From Macrostomum hystrix (Eukaryota; Animalia; Platyhelminthes): 64,000 nucleotides of DNA. The DNA lies in contig CATNEN010000003.1 of assembly GCA_950097015.1 (NCBI GenBank), forward strand, positions 4,774,001-4,838,000, in the 5' to 3' direction. This document shows positions 61,975 through 64,000 of the stretch, in pieces. A program made the position numbers and the translations under genes. Each line of letters opens with the position of its first letter. Position 1 is the stretch's first letter. Under the pieces are notes generated by a model. That model was not told the DNA's origin. It saw nothing but the letters and a program-made list of their open reading frames with translations, and searched no databases.

Positions 61975-62772
61975 TTAGAGAGATGAGACACGGGAGAGAT
62001 GAGATAAGAGTCGGTGATTAACGGGTTGAGTGACAGAGCAAAGATAAGTCACAGGGGAGATGATACAGGAGATTAATGAGGCACAGGAGAGATGAGACAC
62101 TGAATAGATGAGACACGATAGAGATGAGAAATGGGAGAGATGAGACACGGGAGAGATCAGACACGGGAGAGATGAGACACGGGAGAGATGAGACACGGGA
62201 GAGATGAGAAATGGGAGAGATCAGACACGGGAGAGATGAGAAATGGGAGAGATAAGACACGGGAGATCAGACACGGGAGAGATCAGACACGGGAGAGATG
62301 AGACACGGGAGAGATGAGACACGGGAGAGATGAGACACGGGAGAGATAAGACACGGGAGAGATAAGACACGGGAGAGATGAGACACGGGAGAGATGTGAC
62401 ACGCGGGAGATGAGACACGCGGGAGATGAGACACGATAGAGATAAGACACGAGAGAGATGAGACACGGGAGAGATGAGACACGGGAGAGATGAGACACGG
62501 GAGAGATGAGACACGGGAGAGATGAGACACGGGAGAGATGAGACACGGGAGAGATTACACACGGGAGAGATGAGATACGGGAGAGATGAGACACGATAGA
62601 GATGAGACACGGGGGAGATGAGACACGGGAGAGATGAGACACGGGAGAGATGAGACACGGGAGAGATGAGACACGGGAGAGATGAGACACGGGAGAGATG
62701 AGACACGCGGGAGATATGACACGCGGGAGATGAGACACGAGAGAGATGAGACACGCGGGAGATGAGACAGGA
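61975..62772. repeat. 17-bp satellite
   Basis: Same family and orientation as 37915, 41040 and 44238. Confidence 0.95.
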
Positions 62773-63207
62773 GAAAGTTATTTCGCAGACCCCTGCAATA
62801 CACGCAAGGCTAGTCCAATATTCTCTGTAGATGGACCAGCCCGCAAACTCCTTAGGCCCTCGGGGGGGTTGTGACGCGGCAGTTCTTCAGAGCTCGGGGG
62901 CACTGAGTCACCGAGTCTCACGACGGAAATCATCGGCTCTCTGTTCTCACTGCCCGCCACCCTTCGCCTGTCCGCTCGCTGGCACGCAAACTTTGAGCCT
63001 AGAGTGACGTAATCGCAGCAGGACTAAGAAACCCCGGCCGTAGCCGTAGAGTCTTTTAGAAGACAGCAATTTTTCTGAAGCAAAAAAATGAGTATTTCTT
63101 TTTCTCGTGAAAATGGTTGCTGCCTAGAATGACTTATTAAAAAAGATGATAAAATCTAAAAAACTTTACTATTCTGACTTCAGATCGTGTAGAAATTCGA
63201 ATACATT

Positions 63208-63445
63208 TCCAAATCCCTTGTCCCCAAATCCCTGTCCCCAAATCCCTGTCCCCAAATCCCTTGTCCCCAAATCCCTGTCCCCAAATCCCTGTCCCCAAAT
63301 CCCTGTCCTCAAATCCCTGTCCCCAAATCTTTGTCCCCAAATCCCTGTCCCCAAATCCCTGTCCCCAAATCCCTGTCCCCAAATCCCTGTCCCCAAATCC
63401 CTGTCCCCAAATCCCTGTCCCCAAATCCCTGTCCCCAGATCCCTA
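63208..63445. repeat. 14-bp tandem repeat (CCCCAAATCCCTGT)n
   Basis: About 16 copies. Confidence 0.95.
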
Positions 63446-63825
63446 TCCTGTCACTTAAGTCCTGTCTTCCCGAAATTCAATATTCCCTCGAGCTTCATGC
63501 GCTACTTCTTGTCTTTGTATCCCACGTTGGTCCCTTCTCAAGATGTTGTATTGCGTCATAGGGAGCTAATTAGGCCCAGTTGGCCAATAATTAGCCGCGC
63601 AAAGCTTTGACTCCCTCCCAGTTTTTAAATCCCCCGTCGCACAGAAGTTATCCAATGAAAATCTTCATTTTGGATTTTTATCTTAACACTATAGATTGAG
63701 TGGGAATGGTGCCTTAGGGTTGTTTCTTAGAATATGTCATTTAGTCCAGCAAGTGCCAATATTTGCTCACATCATTTGTTTGCGATTTGGATTTGTGAAG
63801 GGGATAATTTTGTCTCTATCCACGT

Positions 63826-64000
63826 TTCTCTGTCCTCTCCTCTCCTCTGCTCTCCTCTGCTCTCCTCTCCTCTGCTCTCCTCTCCTCTGCTCTCCTCTCC
63901 TCTCCTCTCCTCTGCTCTCCTCTCCTCTGCTCTCCTCTCCTCTGCTCTCCTCTCCTCTCCTCTGCTCTCCTCTCCTCTCCTCTGCTCTCCTCTGCTCTCC
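63826..64000. repeat. Pyrimidine-rich (CTCTC/CTCTG)n simple repeat
   Basis: Runs to the end of the window. Confidence 0.9.

Noticed and set aside
62778-62960. Short GC-rich ORF as a possible extra 5' exon of dachs
   Set aside because: No convincing splice donor in the required phase and no recognisable homology.

Overview
Eukaryotic, intron-containing, repeat-rich animal genomic DNA. It is not prokaryotic and contains no CRISPR array. The gene content (dachs, FAM166, EGFR-like), (TAACCC)n telomeric motif and satellite style suggest an invertebrate, possibly a flatworm such as Macrostomum; this is an inference. Host genes: an intronless ankyrin/SOCS-box gene (-), the last exon of an ACAD10/11-type acyl-CoA dehydrogenase ending in SKL (+), two intronless EGFR-ectodomain-plus-TM genes with no kinase (+), a two-exon FAM166/CIMIP2 gene (-) and a 12-exon dachs-like myosin (-). 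The EGFR-like genes lie in a tandem segmental duplication (~5.3-15.0 kb vs ~17.3-40.2 kb). The second copy is inflated by a Gypsy remnant, two copies of a 2.3-kb LTR-like element, Helitron-like pieces and a near-intact Ingi-type LINE. Main highlights: (1) the kinase-less EGFR paralog pair is almost identical except for a highly divergent second L (ligand-binding) domain, and retains a frameshifted relic of the EGFR juxtamembrane motif after the stop codon; (2) the LINE begins with a fully pairable HDV-like ribozyme fold that contains its AUG, followed by a 2A-like peptide (GDIHPNPGP), three PHD-like fingers, APE, RT and RNase H, and sits in a (CAG)n tract; (3) a foldback DNA transposon with TAT..ATA ends and a 6-bp target-site duplication. 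All homology calls come from motif recognition by eye; no searches were run.
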